Made by a program: the position numbers and the translations under genes. A stretch of 64,000 nt of DNA. Source: a virus. Of the stretch, positions 37,592-47,508 are shown piece after piece. Within the stretch, counting starts at the first letter, position 1; each line of letters opens with the position of its first letter. The notes under the pieces are model-generated. The model had not been told where the DNA came from and searched no databases. It saw only the letters and a list, made by a program, of their open reading frames with translations. The DNA is taken from IMG/VR virus record IMGVR_UViG_3300021478_000022, positions 1-64,000 of that record; one strand, 5' to 3'.

Positions 37592-37848
37592 CGTTTCTCC
37601 TGCTCCTTCATGGCCTTAGCGATGGCGTGGGCTCCTGCGCTCACGAACCCCTTCATCTTCTCTTTGCTGAGCTTGTCTACTTGATCTTCGAGGTAGGCGT
37701 TCCTCTCTCTCTCCTGTGCGAGTTGCGTGCCATGAAATTCATCGACCTTTTGCAGATGGCGTATGAACATCTTGCAAATGGCGATCATGCCGCCCAGCGC
37801 GACAGCCACCAGCCCCATCGCCGCATGTTCCGTTTCGATGGCGAACAT
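37588..37848 (-). CDS. Single-TM coiled-coil protein
   Basis: GLVAVALGGMIAIC TM segment. Confidence 0.6.
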   Translation of the reverse strand: MFAIETEHAAMGLVAVALGGMIAICKMFIRHLQKVDEFHGTQLAQERERNAYLEDQVDKLSKEKMKGFVSAGAHAIAKAMKEQEKR

Positions 37849-37885
37849 GGTGTGAGTCTACCCTATACCACCTGTGGCGTCCCAT

Positions 37886-38494
37886 TTATTCCCGCTGCGT
37901 CCAGAACATCACCTCACGCATCAGACCGAGCCCATCCACCGTGGATTCCGCCTGAACCTCCCGGTCAACGATCCGGTGCCCCGCCGCTGCGACGGCGCGC
38001 TCCAGGTGATCCCCGGTGAGGTAGACGTGGTGGAACTCGGTGCCGTTGTCGTGGTCCCTCTCGGCGATCTGCATGTCGAAGCAGCCAAAGCGCCCGTGGG
38101 AGAGCAGCTTGGCAAGGATCTGGTCCCACTCGTGCAGCCCGAAGTTCTTGAGGAAAAAGAAGGCGCAGGAGAGGTCAGGTTCAAAGGCAAAGCAAGAGAT
38201 AAGGCGGATGTCATCGTGCCAGAACTGGTGGGCGCGTGTGTCGTTTCTCACCCTTGCCTTTCCCCAGAAATACTCGTTTTTCTCCACTCCCACATAGCGC
38301 ACGTGACATGGCATCCCCTTGGCCACCAGCCCCACCCCACACCCGAACTCCACGACACTCTCGACCTTCTCTCGCTCCATCCGGGGCAAGAGGAACCGCA
38401 GGTGCACCTTGGCGGACTGGTTGAGCAGCCACGTCACCTCCTCGGCCATGGCGCGCTCCTTCGTGTACCAACAGCTACTGTCCGGTAGAGGCAT
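37886..38494 (-). CDS. Class I SAM-dependent methyltransferase
   Basis: VVEFGCGVG, YVGVE. Confidence 0.8.
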   Translation of the reverse strand: MPLPDSSCWYTKERAMAEEVTWLLNQSAKVHLRFLLPRMEREKVESVVEFGCGVGLVAKGMPCHVRYVGVEKNEYFWGKARVRNDTRAHQFWHDDIRLISCFAFEPDLSCAFFFLKNFGLHEWDQILAKLLSHGRFGCFDMQIAERDHDNGTEFHHVYLTGDHLERAVAAAGHRIVDREVQAESTVDGLGLMREVMFWTQRE

Positions 38495-38652
38495 GTTGAA
38501 TCGTCCTCCAGCACAAATGAAGCGGCAGCATGGGAAGAAGGCAAACCCACACATCCCAGCGATGCCACCAGTTTTCGTCTGGCGAAAAGTGCGGTCTGCC
38601 CTCGATGGTCATTTTCCAGAAGACGCCGACCCAGCAATCTTGCGGCTTAAAC

Positions 38653-38832
38653 TCAAGGCGAACCGTCACGGTGCCTCCTTGCCACTCGGCGTTTGACTTC
38701 TTCCATCGCCACATGCAAGTCTCGCCAGTCCTCTTCGGCCCAATCCTTGGCATCGCGTGGCAATCCCTCGTCCGTCCAGCGCTTGGCGTACTCACGCTTT
38801 GTTTTCTTTCGCTTCATTCCGTTCTCTGGCAT
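38653..38832 (-). CDS. Hypothetical protein, paralog of 23652-23897
   Basis: EGLPRDAKDWAEEDWRDLH. Confidence 0.6.
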   Translation of the reverse strand: MPENGMKRKKTKREYAKRWTDEGLPRDAKDWAEEDWRDLHVAMEEVKRRVARRHRDGSP

Positions 38833-38970
38833 GGGACCTCTCCTCGCAGGCTTCCACGTTCTCCACGGCCTCCCTGAGCAGGCACAGGCCACACCGCTCG
38901 TGAGGGGACCAGCACCAGCACCGCTGCTCAGCAAGGACGCGCTTGGCCGATTCGAGAAGCGCGGAGGCCA

Positions 38971-39327
38971 TCAGGCGGTAGTTGGGACGGGACATGGTTG
39001 TTCCTCCAGCCACAGGATTTTCTTGCCTTTGTTCAGCGCGTGAGCTAGTTCGCTGCGTGTCGATTCGCCCACGTACCCGCCGACGTTCAGAATCAGCACT
39101 TCGTCGGCCAGGTCGATTTTGTCCTTGTGCAAGGCATCCAGAGCGATCTTTTGCTCAAGAGTGCAGCCGAATGCCTCGCCGTGGGTTTCTCCAGCAGCGT
39201 GCGGGTAAAAGCCAACGGACAGCACGATCTTGCCAGCCATCGTCTGGCGATAGTTCGCTTCTTGGAATGCCTTCCAGAAGCGAGTCGAGCCACAGAGACA
39301 GACAATCGTTCGTTTCACTTCAGCCAC
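38971..39327 (-). CDS. Conserved phage protein, nucleoside deoxyribosyltransferase-like fold
   Basis: VCLCGSTRF..H..KIDLADEVLILNVGGYVGEST..E. Confidence 0.7.
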   Translation of the reverse strand: MAEVKRTIVCLCGSTRFWKAFQEANYRQTMAGKIVLSVGFYPHAAGETHGEAFGCTLEQKIALDALHKDKIDLADEVLILNVGGYVGESTRSELAHALNKGKKILWLEEQPCPVPTTA

Positions 39328-41193
39328 CTCTCAATCCAGGTAAATATTTCGCTCACATTCTCCCTGCCGTATACGCAGCCTTTGTAGCGGTCCTGATAGG
39401 CCGGATTCGTCCACGAGTCCTTCATCGCCTCGGAGAAGCTGACCAGCCGTTCCTTGTGGGCACTATTTCCAGCTGGCCTCCACCAGGTCACAACGGGGAC
39501 GCCCATGTAATGGGCCATGATTCCTAATCCGCATTGGTAACTCACCACCACCTTGGCCTTCTTCAGGAACGCCAGCGTCTCCCCTATCTCCATCTTTCCA
39601 ATCAAGTCCATCCAGACCATCCCCGCCTCCGCCACCCCCTGTTTGACCCACTTGTCCCAGAACGACCTGTCGTAAGGTGCCCCCACCACGGCGATGTTCA
39701 GCCCCCGCTCCGTGAGACGCTGGCCCAGCTCGACCCAGTGCTTGGGCTCCCACAGCCACCCCATGTTGTGCCCTTCCTCCGTGTGCCCCGACTCCGGGCC
39801 CAGGTAGAAGGCCGCGAACGGCGCCGCCGCATCCCCGACGTCCGAACCACGCTCGGTCCCGGTCCAGTCGAACTCGTCAATGACCGCCCAGTCGACGGGA
39901 TGCTCCGGCAACCACGTCTCCAGTCGCTCTCCACGCTCCAGGACCGTGTTAGGGATCAAGAAGTGATAGCCACCCCTCTCCCCGTCCGGGACGTAGCGGT
40001 AGCGGCCTTTCTCGTCGTTCTTCGGCCCCGTCTCCAGGATCGGCACGTCGAGCAGGTTAACGCTCTTGATGAACGGGAATCGGGACAGGAAGGGCACGCT
40101 CCTCCGGTCCACTTCCTTGTTGGCGTCCCCGTTGAGCAGGACGTTGATGGGTTTGTCCCCGGCGATGGACTTGATCTTCATGAGGGCCCACATGCAGTCA
40201 CCGATACCCTGCGGGAGAACGAAAGGAACCACGGAAGGACCCTCGGGGGGAGTGAAGTGCAAGACCTCGCACAGCCACCGTCTGACCTCACCCGGCAGCC
40301 CCCACTCCCCATCGTAGGTGCGGTACTGGTAGTGCCGGACGAAGTATTCCGCCACCCCACCATGATCGGCCGGGGAGAGGCTTCTCCAGTCCTTGGGGAT
40401 GAGATGGAGGGTGTTCTCGGCAGGGTCGTGAAACTGGATGGGGTGGTGCCCGACCCAGCAGATGAGGGAAGGGGTGTTGGTCGCCGACGCCACCTTGCCG
40501 GGGCCGGAGTCGATACCCACGAACGCCTCGGCGCAGTGGATGAGCGCCGCGATCATCTCCGCGTCCCCGGTCCCGAACCCGCCCCAGATGTCGTCACTGG
40601 CAGGTCGGGGGCAGAAGATGGTCTTCTGGTCGGGCAGGGGGGAGCGGTTGTCCCAGTCGAGGATGACGGGGATGCGACCGGAGGCGCGGATCAGGTCGGT
40701 TATTGATTGCATCTGGAAGTGGTGTAAGTTCTTACGCCAATTCGAGGTATTGCCCTCATAATGGCAAATCACGACGGCTGCCTTCTCTCCGTTGATCGAG
40801 GCGCCGATGGACTGGTAGTAGTCCATCGCCTTCTGACGCGCGACGGCACCAATGCGGATTTCGTAGCGCCCAAGGTCGAGGTCGTAGTTCAGGCCGAAGT
40901 TCTCCGCTAGGCAGTTGGTGATCTTGCTGTTGGGACGGTCGGTGTACTTGCAGTAGTTCTCGTAAAATCCGGCATGATGCACGGAGTCGTAATCCGACTC
41001 ATTTAGCTCCGGCTCCTGATCGTGCGAGACGCGATGGCACAGACCGATCAGCGCCGTGTGCTTGCCACGGCCGACCCTGATGGTGACTTGCCAGTCGGGA
41101 CGGTGACGGGCAAGGTGCTTGAGAACGACGCCCATTTGCACAACGTCGCCTTCAGCCCAAGCCGTGGCTGAACCGGATTAGCAGTTTGACCAT
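39315..41193 (-). CDS. Tandem double GT9 (heptosyltransferase-like) enzyme; 5' end interrupted by 7 extra nt at 41148-41157
   Basis: Domain 1 (HGLG|GDVVQM ... FVGIDSGP); domain 2 (QGIGDCMW ... DLIGK..IGET ... CGLG.MAH); main ORF 39315-41141. Confidence 0.8.
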
Positions 41194-41201
41194 GACTTGG
41201 A

Positions 41202-41390
41202 TTAACCTCCTTTCGTCGCGTAATCGATGATTTCTTGCACCCTTGCCTCAGGCAACGGTGGCTGCTCAGGAATGGAGTCCCATGCACACTGCGCACAGAC
41301 GAAGATGCCGTTCCAGTCCGGTATCGGCTCTGGCGCCAAGATGGCGCTCACCACTGTATCCATTGCTCGTTGGCAGCGAGGGCAGTTCAT
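41202..41390 (-). CDS. Small zinc-ribbon protein
   Basis: MNCPRC...FVCAQC. Confidence 0.55.
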   Translation of the reverse strand: MNCPRCQRAMDTVVSAILAPEPIPDWNGIFVCAQCAWDSIPEQPPLPEARVQEIIDYATKGG

Positions 41391-41539
41391 TCCTGCACCT
41401 CCTGCTTGAGCGCCTCGATCACCTGATCGAACGCCTCTTGGAGTGGTTCGGCCTGTTCGGCATCGTCAAGGTGGATGCCCAGTTCCAAGGCCAGTCCGAC
41501 CTTCTCGATCAGGTTCTCCATCGCTTCGCTTGTGGTCAT
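41387..41539 (-). CDS. Small acidic helical protein (50 aa)
   Basis: Translated by hand; ATGA overlaps at both ends. Confidence 0.5.
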   Translation of the reverse strand: MTTSEAMENLIEKVGLALELGIHLDDAEQAEPLQEAFDQVIEALKQEVQE

Positions 41540-42696
41540 CGCTTCACCTCCTCCAGAATCGGCAGTGGAAACGTCAGCGTCCCGCCCCCGTCCAAGAACG
41601 CCTTCTCGCGCTGGATCAACTCATCGCGGAACGCCCACGGACCTACAAGGTACACGTCGGGCTTCGCTGCCCGCGAGGACTCCTCCGAGACAATCGGGAT
41701 GCGTGACCCCGGTGTCATGTGCATGATCTTCCGTGGGTCACGGTCGGATGCTGCCATGATGTGGTCTTGGTCGATTCCGCAATACTGGAGCACCGTGTTC
41801 ATCTTCGTGGAGGCGCCCAGAAGGTGCACGATCTTGTTCTTGTGCCAGCACTCGTCCAGATAGGCCACCAGCCGCTCCCGGCACGTCCTGACCACCTCCG
41901 GGAAGGCCAGAGGGTACGGGATGGGGTACGGCGTGGGCTGCAAAACCTTGGGCGGCTCCAGCCCAGCGTACAACCGGATCGACCCACCGTTGCACTGGTT
42001 GTAGCTGACCTTGTGCGTGTGCATCCCGGCCTTGCGTACCACGTAATCCAAGGTGTACGCCGAGAAGTAGGACAGGTGCTCATGGCAAACCGAGTCCCAC
42101 GCGCCGTTGTACAGGGCGCGCAGGTCGGCAACCTCGACGCACCACAGACCACCCGGCGCCAGGTTGTCGCTGACGGCCTTGGCAAAGCCCACGGGGTCGG
42201 GGGTGTCGTAGAAGCAGGCGATGGTGAAGATAAGGTCGAACTTCTCACGAGCAAGAAGATGAGTCGGGTAAAAGGCTTTGATGCGGACATGGGTCACCGG
42301 CAAAAGCACATCGCTAGGATCAACCCCTACTAAGTTCTGGTCGTAGGTCTGCGGTCCCCAGGAAAAGAAATTGAGCAGCGTGCCATCGTTGCAGCCGATG
42401 TCCAGGACTCGTTTCGGCCATTCTCCCAGAAGAGTCCTTGCTTCTCTTGCGATTCCTTCCAAGTGTTCTCGCATCGTCTGCGTCACCCCGCTCCTGTACC
42501 AGTAGTTCCGGTACATCAACTCCGGGTCCACCGCATCGCGGAGCTGCACCAGTCCGCACCCCAGATGGCACCGCGACAGCACCAGCGGGAACCGGGGTGG
42601 GTCGGGTTCGCCGATCTTGGGAAACTGACCGCCGAGGCACTGCTCCCCGAAGTCGAGGATGGTTTCCAGGGGTCCACCGCAGACGCGACAGGTCAT
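41536..42696 (-). CDS. NDP-sugar C-methyltransferase (Methyltransf_13/14 type)
   Basis: CRVCG..LDFG..FPL.L..C..CGLVQL zinc domain, LDIGCNDG, HEHLSYF, GGSIR, GASTK.N, PGSRIPI. Confidence 0.9.
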   Translation of the reverse strand: MTCRVCGGPLETILDFGEQCLGGQFPKIGEPDPPRFPLVLSRCHLGCGLVQLRDAVDPELMYRNYWYRSGVTQTMREHLEGIAREARTLLGEWPKRVLDIGCNDGTLLNFFSWGPQTYDQNLVGVDPSDVLLPVTHVRIKAFYPTHLLAREKFDLIFTIACFYDTPDPVGFAKAVSDNLAPGGLWCVEVADLRALYNGAWDSVCHEHLSYFSAYTLDYVVRKAGMHTHKVSYNQCNGGSIRLYAGLEPPKVLQPTPYPIPYPLAFPEVVRTCRERLVAYLDECWHKNKIVHLLGASTKMNTVLQYCGIDQDHIMAASDRDPRKIMHMTPGSRIPIVSEESSRAAKPDVYLVGPWAFRDELIQREKAFLDGGGTLTFPLPILEEVKR

Positions 42697-43616
42697 AGAT
42701 TCGCCCTCCAGTACCGCTCCGTCAGTTCCGTCAGAACTCCCACGTACTGCTCAGGCCCCCAGACCGTGACGGGGGGCAGCAAGTCATCGATCTTCGCAGG
42801 GATCGCGTCCAGCGAACTGTAGACGTGTATCCGGTCCTCACGCATGGTCCCCTCGTCGTCCACCACCATCACCGGCCTTGCGAACGCCGTGGCGAATCGT
42901 GGCGATGTCGGGGACCCACCCTTGCCGCCTTTCGAGGGAGGAAGGACGAACAGGAAGTGGCTGATGTCCTCGACCAAGGGTGCCAGCCCTTCGACCCAAG
43001 CCGACCAGGAGTGCATGACGACCTTGCCGCCCAGAGTTTCTATTTGCTTGACGTATTCTCGGTGCAGTTTAATCCGGTCGGGACACCACATGACTGATAC
43101 GTCAGGGCAGAAGGCCGTGAATGGCACATGTCTGAACAAAGCCCACTTCGCCATCTCCAGCGTGTACTTCTTCGGCTCGCAGTACCCGAACGTCCCGATG
43201 TGCATGGGCCGCTGCTTGGGAACCACGCAGAACGGCAGCACCGGCTGGCGCAGCAGGACTGGCCGGTAGGCATCCAGCTTCTCCTCGGCCTGCTGGGTCC
43301 AGACGAAGGAGGGATAGTCCCCCGGAGTCGGCACACCGGGGTTGTCGTTGTTGTGGACGACGCCGAACTTGATCCGCCGCTCTCGCAGAAAGGAGATGTC
43401 GGCGTCGATCCTGTCGCGCGGGTAGTTCTTGCCCTCGGTGATGAGGAACACATAGTCCGCCTCGGACTCCCCCTTCTCGCCAAGGAACACCTGTGGCCAA
43501 CGACTGAGGCTGACGCGCCAGGCTTTGCAGTGCCGGGCGATGGTGAGCGCCCAGTTGTCCAGGGCCTCGAAGGGGGAACTGCCGGGGAACAGGAAGTGGA
43601 CACGGTTGTGCTTCAT
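42693..43616 (-). CDS. Putative GT-B glycosyltransferase
   Basis: Cluster context; IGTFGY..PKK and S..P.FA.A..RPV.V resemble the GT4 C-terminal domain. Confidence 0.5.
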   Translation of the reverse strand: MKHNRVHFLFPGSSPFEALDNWALTIARHCKAWRVSLSRWPQVFLGEKGESEADYVFLITEGKNYPRDRIDADISFLRERRIKFGVVHNNDNPGVPTPGDYPSFVWTQQAEEKLDAYRPVLLRQPVLPFCVVPKQRPMHIGTFGYCEPKKYTLEMAKWALFRHVPFTAFCPDVSVMWCPDRIKLHREYVKQIETLGGKVVMHSWSAWVEGLAPLVEDISHFLFVLPPSKGGKGGSPTSPRFATAFARPVMVVDDEGTMREDRIHVYSSLDAIPAKIDDLLPPVTVWGPEQYVGVLTELTERYWRANL

Positions 43617-44350
43617 CGGATGAACTCCTCCCACATCGGTCGCCACAGTTGCGGTTGCTCCAGCCACCCCCAGTACACCCCAGGCTTGGAGTCGATGCGT
43701 CCCGTCAGGGGAGGGTCGGACATCTCCTCCATCTTGCGGAAGAACGCAGGCCACTTGGGGTGACGGAGGCACTCATCTAGTGCAAATGTATGCGGATGCC
43801 GACCGAACTTCTTCTGAAGCACTACTAGGCAATCTGCGCGGTCGTAAGACTCATGCGCGTTCCGCTGATTGCACTCCCCGTAGACGTACTCACGGTCCTT
43901 GCCCCACTGCCCGAACTCCTCCGGGTGCTCATCCGTGAGAATGTCCTCGATGAAGTAGTAGCCCCCCACCTTCAGGTTCGGCCAGAGGATGTCCCGGCTG
44001 ATGCGCTGCCACTCCGCCCGGTGCCCGCAGTCGTCGATGATGACGTCGAAGTATTCGGGAGGGAACAGCAGCGCGATGCCGGGGTCCTGCTGGAAGCGCT
44101 GGTAGATGGTCAGGCGCGGATCAGTGACCTCGCGGCAGTCGTGCAGGTCGATGGCGTGGACTTCCCCCAGCGGGAACATCTTGAGCCAGAACTTCAGGGA
44201 GTTGCCGTGGTCGATGCCCAGCTCCAGAATCTTTGCCGGGAAGGCGGTCATGGGACCGAGGAATCGCTCGTATACGGGCATATAGGTATGTTGGCCCTTG
44301 TCTGTGCCACATTCCCTCGCAACTCTTTCCCATTCGCAAGAGAACGTCAT
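43613..44350 (-). CDS. Sugar O-methyltransferase-like (MycE/TylE-like)
   Basis: GTDK..H.Y..YERF, ILELGI..G.SL..W, DVIIDD.GH, LKVGGYYFIEDI. Confidence 0.8.
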   Translation of the reverse strand: MTFSCEWERVARECGTDKGQHTYMPVYERFLGPMTAFPAKILELGIDHGNSLKFWLKMFPLGEVHAIDLHDCREVTDPRLTIYQRFQQDPGIALLFPPEYFDVIIDDCGHRAEWQRISRDILWPNLKVGGYYFIEDILTDEHPEEFGQWGKDREYVYGECNQRNAHESYDRADCLVVLQKKFGRHPHTFALDECLRHPKWPAFFRKMEEMSDPPLTGRIDSKPGVYWGWLEQPQLWRPMWEEFIR

Positions 44351-44922
44351 TGCACGCTCCTCCAGTTGTTCCCGTTCCTTATCTCTTTGATGGCACCATA
44401 AGTTACACCAAACTTGTCAGCGATGGCTTGCAAGGCACCCTTGGGCAATCGCTTTTGACGGCCAACCATTCCTTGAGCTATGACGCGACGTATTTCAACA
44501 ACAGCATCACGGCTTAGCTTTGCCATGCCATTGCGTTCTCCGGCATTGTCGGTGCCGTGGAACGCGCGGTCGTCCTTGTTTTGCTTGGACGTTCCCCATT
44601 GCAGATTGTCGAGTCGATTGTTCGCTGGATTCCGGTCGGGAAAGTGCCGACATTCCATGCCTTCGGGGCAAGGGCCGACGAAAGTTTCCAGAACTAGCCG
44701 ATGGATGTAAGTCGCGATACTTTTGCCCTTTTTGCAAAGGCTCACGAATACGTGGCCGTACTGCTTCAATGCTTGCAATTTCATTATCCGTTCTGGGATG
44801 CTGTAAGAATGCGTCCTGAAGCCACCTCGCGGAACGGAGCGGGCCAAAGATTTCACCCGTCCAAGATTCGACACTTGGTACAGCCCTTCGTAGCCCTTGA
44901 CGTCGCGCCATTCTTCGTTCAT
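44347..44922 (-). CDS. NUMOD4-HNH homing endonuclease
   Basis: EEWRDVKGYEGLYQVSNLGRVKS; IHRLVLETF..CRH..NNRLDNL.WGT..N. Confidence 0.92.
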   Translation of the reverse strand: MNEEWRDVKGYEGLYQVSNLGRVKSLARSVPRGGFRTHSYSIPERIMKLQALKQYGHVFVSLCKKGKSIATYIHRLVLETFVGPCPEGMECRHFPDRNPANNRLDNLQWGTSKQNKDDRAFHGTDNAGERNGMAKLSRDAVVEIRRVIAQGMVGRQKRLPKGALQAIADKFGVTYGAIKEIRNGNNWRSVQ

Positions 44923-45968
44923 AGCATCCCCATCACTTTCAGGAGTTTCGTTGCCCTCGCCGCAGTGGTGTGATTCTTCCTCGCATACTCCAAGAGCGCC
45001 TGCCTGCGTGGAGTCTGATCGTTCGACAGAGCATGGTCGATACAGTCGGCCAGTCCGTCCAGGCCGCACTCGAAGCACGTCTCCGGTGGGAACCACGGCT
45101 CCCTCCGGTAGGCCGGGTAGCAGAGCAGGATCGGGATGGCACCAGCTGCCGCCGCCTCGTAGCACCTGAGCGATTCGCAGTCGTCCGCCCCCGGAGGGAC
45201 CAGGGCCAGCTTGGACTGCTTCATGATCTCCCAGTAGGGCTCCCAGCCTCCCAGCGTGCCCGTGCAGGCGATGGAGTGGTGCATGGTGTGCGTGGAGAAC
45301 AGTTCCCGGAGCATCCGCCAGCGTACGGGCCGGTCGGGATGGCACGACCGTGGATTGCCTGCGAAGAACACGTCGAACGGTCGGTCGCCTTCCCACCATT
45401 TGTCGTCTTTTGTGGGCCAATAATTTCCAAGTACGGCCTGTTCGACTATCTCGCGTGCTTGTTCTCGCGCCGATGGTTTCGGAGTTTCTTGCGGGAACAT
45501 CCGCTCGGGCATGGCGAACGACAGGTGATGCGGACGCATGGGGTAGGGGATGGCGTCGTTGATCTCCCGGCGGAAGTAGGCGTCCACGGGGATCTGCGGT
45601 GGCTCGTGGTGCCATGCCGCATCCCATCCCTCGACGTAGGCGACTTTGCCGTTGGGAGCGAGCAGTTCCTTGATGACCCATTTGGCCCAATCCCAGTCAT
45701 GTTCACGCACAAAGCAGGCGTTCACCACGATCAGATCGAACCACGGGCACCAGTCCTGAAGCACCTCTCCTTCCCTCGACCCACTGATGGCCCGCACCTC
45801 GGGATGCGGTCCCGTGCCGTACATCGCGTCCAGGCTGCTCTTGTGCAGCCAGGGCGAGTTCACGGCGTCCACGACATTGGGCTCGCCTAGAACCTCCTGT
45901 AGGCCGTCCCAGAGGCAGGCAGAGATGTAGTCGGGGTCGTTCTTGCATGTGACGAACAGGCACTTCAT
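44919..45968 (-). CDS. GT-B glycosyltransferase (exostosin/CgeB-like C-terminus), paralog A
   Basis: DVFFAG, SKLALVPPG..SLRCYEAAAAGAIP, HTTAARA. Confidence 0.75.
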   Translation of the reverse strand: MKCLFVTCKNDPDYISACLWDGLQEVLGEPNVVDAVNSPWLHKSSLDAMYGTGPHPEVRAISGSREGEVLQDWCPWFDLIVVNACFVREHDWDWAKWVIKELLAPNGKVAYVEGWDAAWHHEPPQIPVDAYFRREINDAIPYPMRPHHLSFAMPERMFPQETPKPSAREQAREIVEQAVLGNYWPTKDDKWWEGDRPFDVFFAGNPRSCHPDRPVRWRMLRELFSTHTMHHSIACTGTLGGWEPYWEIMKQSKLALVPPGADDCESLRCYEAAAAGAIPILLCYPAYRREPWFPPETCFECGLDGLADCIDHALSNDQTPRRQALLEYARKNHTTAARATKLLKVMGML

Positions 45969-46651
45969 GCTTTTCTCCGCAGGACCAGAGAAGCGAAATT
46001 GTAGAGCCCGAAGATAGGCGTGCCGTAGTCGCCATAGTCGGGGGAGCCGACCGGCTTGAAGTCAGACTTGGCCTGCTCGATGAGTTCCAGCATCTTGGCG
46101 GCACTATAGCATTGACAGTGCGCTGTCAATTTCGCTGTGCCGGTTGGATGGAAGTCGGTCGTGATGGCCAGCGTGCCACCTGGAACAACAGCCACCAGGA
46201 GCCCATCGAAGAACTTCCGATCCTCACCGACGTGCTCGATGACCGACACGCACGTCACCAGATCAAACTGGCCATCCGGGAAACTGCCGTCGAAGTAAGT
46301 GAGTGACCCACCCGGTGTCGCTCCATTGCCAGCTAGTGCCCGCCTGCCCATCTCTTCTTGCTGCGCCTGGTGGTCGCCTATGTCCGACGTGGTGACGTGC
46401 GCCCCGCTCCACGTCAACAACCCAGGCAGCACCGAGTAACTGCCTCCCACGTCCAGGCATTTCTTGCCCGCCAGGTCGCTCCTGGTGCCGGCGGCAGCAA
46501 GGCAGATCGAGTATTCCCACGCCCTGTGCTCGTGGTCGAAGTTGTGACAACCGACGAACAGGTTCCGCGCATGGCCGACGCGCGCCAGCTCGTCCCCCAG
46601 GTGGTGGTAGTCGTCAGGGTGAAACGCCTTGCAGAGAGAGTGGAGCATCAT
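45965..46651 (-). CDS. Class I SAM-dependent methyltransferase
   Basis: R.WEY, LDVGGSYS, FDLVTCVSVIEHV, PGG. Confidence 0.82.
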   Translation of the reverse strand: MMLHSLCKAFHPDDYHHLGDELARVGHARNLFVGCHNFDHEHRAWEYSICLAAAGTRSDLAGKKCLDVGGSYSVLPGLLTWSGAHVTTSDIGDHQAQQEEMGRRALAGNGATPGGSLTYFDGSFPDGQFDLVTCVSVIEHVGEDRKFFDGLLVAVVPGGTLAITTDFHPTGTAKLTAHCQCYSAAKMLELIEQAKSDFKPVGSPDYGDYGTPIFGLYNFASLVLRRKA

Positions 46652-47508
46652 TTGGCCTCTTCGATGTAGTTCAGCAATTCCTGATATTCCGCAGCGCGTG
46701 GATAGAAGTTCTTCTCCGATTTCGTGCAATGGCGCAGATCGACGTCTCCCTGATAAACGCCGATGCGAATAACGTGCGGAAACGCATCTGCTACCACCAG
46801 AGGCGCCGAGATGTTCCCGATGTAATACTTGCACTTGGAGATGACTCCAGCCATCTCCAGAAACCCATCCCGCGCACGGTCGATGCTGCCAAGGTCGAGC
46901 GCGCACGTCCTCCCCGGAGGGCAGACCTCGACTACCGGGATGGGGCAATGCTTCACGAAGTCCCTGAACACGTCCCACCACCCCGTTCTCGTGGCCTCGG
47001 GCTTGTACTTGCCCTCCAGCGCCACAAAGGGGCCTTCAGGGACCGGCTCTTTAGGGCAGTCTGATGGCAGGTCGAAGTAATGGCTCTGGCGCCCGACGCC
47101 GGCCAGGTCGCAGAAGTAATCCAGGAGAGTACCGTTGAGTTCCTTCGTTTCGCTGAAGCCAAGATTGTAGACCATCTCGTAGCCGTGCTCTGGCCTGAAC
47201 GCATTGTGAATGATGTGCGACTTGCCGCGCAGCGTTCTGACCTGGACGCCATCGACGACCTCGACGGTCGAGCAGTCCCCATCCATGTACCATGACTTCT
47301 CCACTATGGCATGGCGAACGAACGATTGCGCTTCCAGCAAATCTGCGGCGTTGCCTCCCCGGTGCGAAATCCAGAAGTCCGCGCGGCAGCCATGTCGCGC
47401 CGCGAGAGCGCGAGCGGCAGGGACCGACCACAGCATGTCACCGTGGAGTTCAGGGCTACAGATGGCGATGATGCGTTCGCTCATTTTCAAACCCGGCCCG
47501 TTAATCAT
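46648..47508 (-). CDS. GT9-like glycosyltransferase
   Basis: ELHGDMLWSVPAARAL; I..CKYYIGNISAPLVVADAF. Confidence 0.7.
   Translation of the reverse strand: MINGPGLKMSERIIAICSPELHGDMLWSVPAARALAARHGCRADFWISHRGGNAADLLEAQSFVRHAIVEKSWYMDGDCSTVEVVDGVQVRTLRGKSHIIHNAFRPEHGYEMVYNLGFSETKELNGTLLDYFCDLAGVGRQSHYFDLPSDCPKEPVPEGPFVALEGKYKPEATRTGWWDVFRDFVKHCPIPVVEVCPPGRTCALDLGSIDRARDGFLEMAGVISKCKYYIGNISAPLVVADAFPHVIRIGVYQGDVDLRHCTKSEKNFYPRAAEYQELLNYIEEAK

Noticed and set aside
41152-41154. TGA as selenocysteine or genome-wide stop reassignment
   Set aside because: Readthrough would not restore the frame (7-nt offset), and TGA is used as a normal stop in many ATGA/TGATG overlaps
44347-44922. NUMOD4-HNH as part of a group I intron
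   Set aside because: Both flanking genes look complete and overlap it by ATGA; no room for intron core structure
44923-45690. Extended N-termini given by the ORF track (also 1255-2328, 10602-12155, 17359-18660, 45965-46981)
   Set aside because: They overlap other genes; coupled or RBS-supported downstream starts fit better
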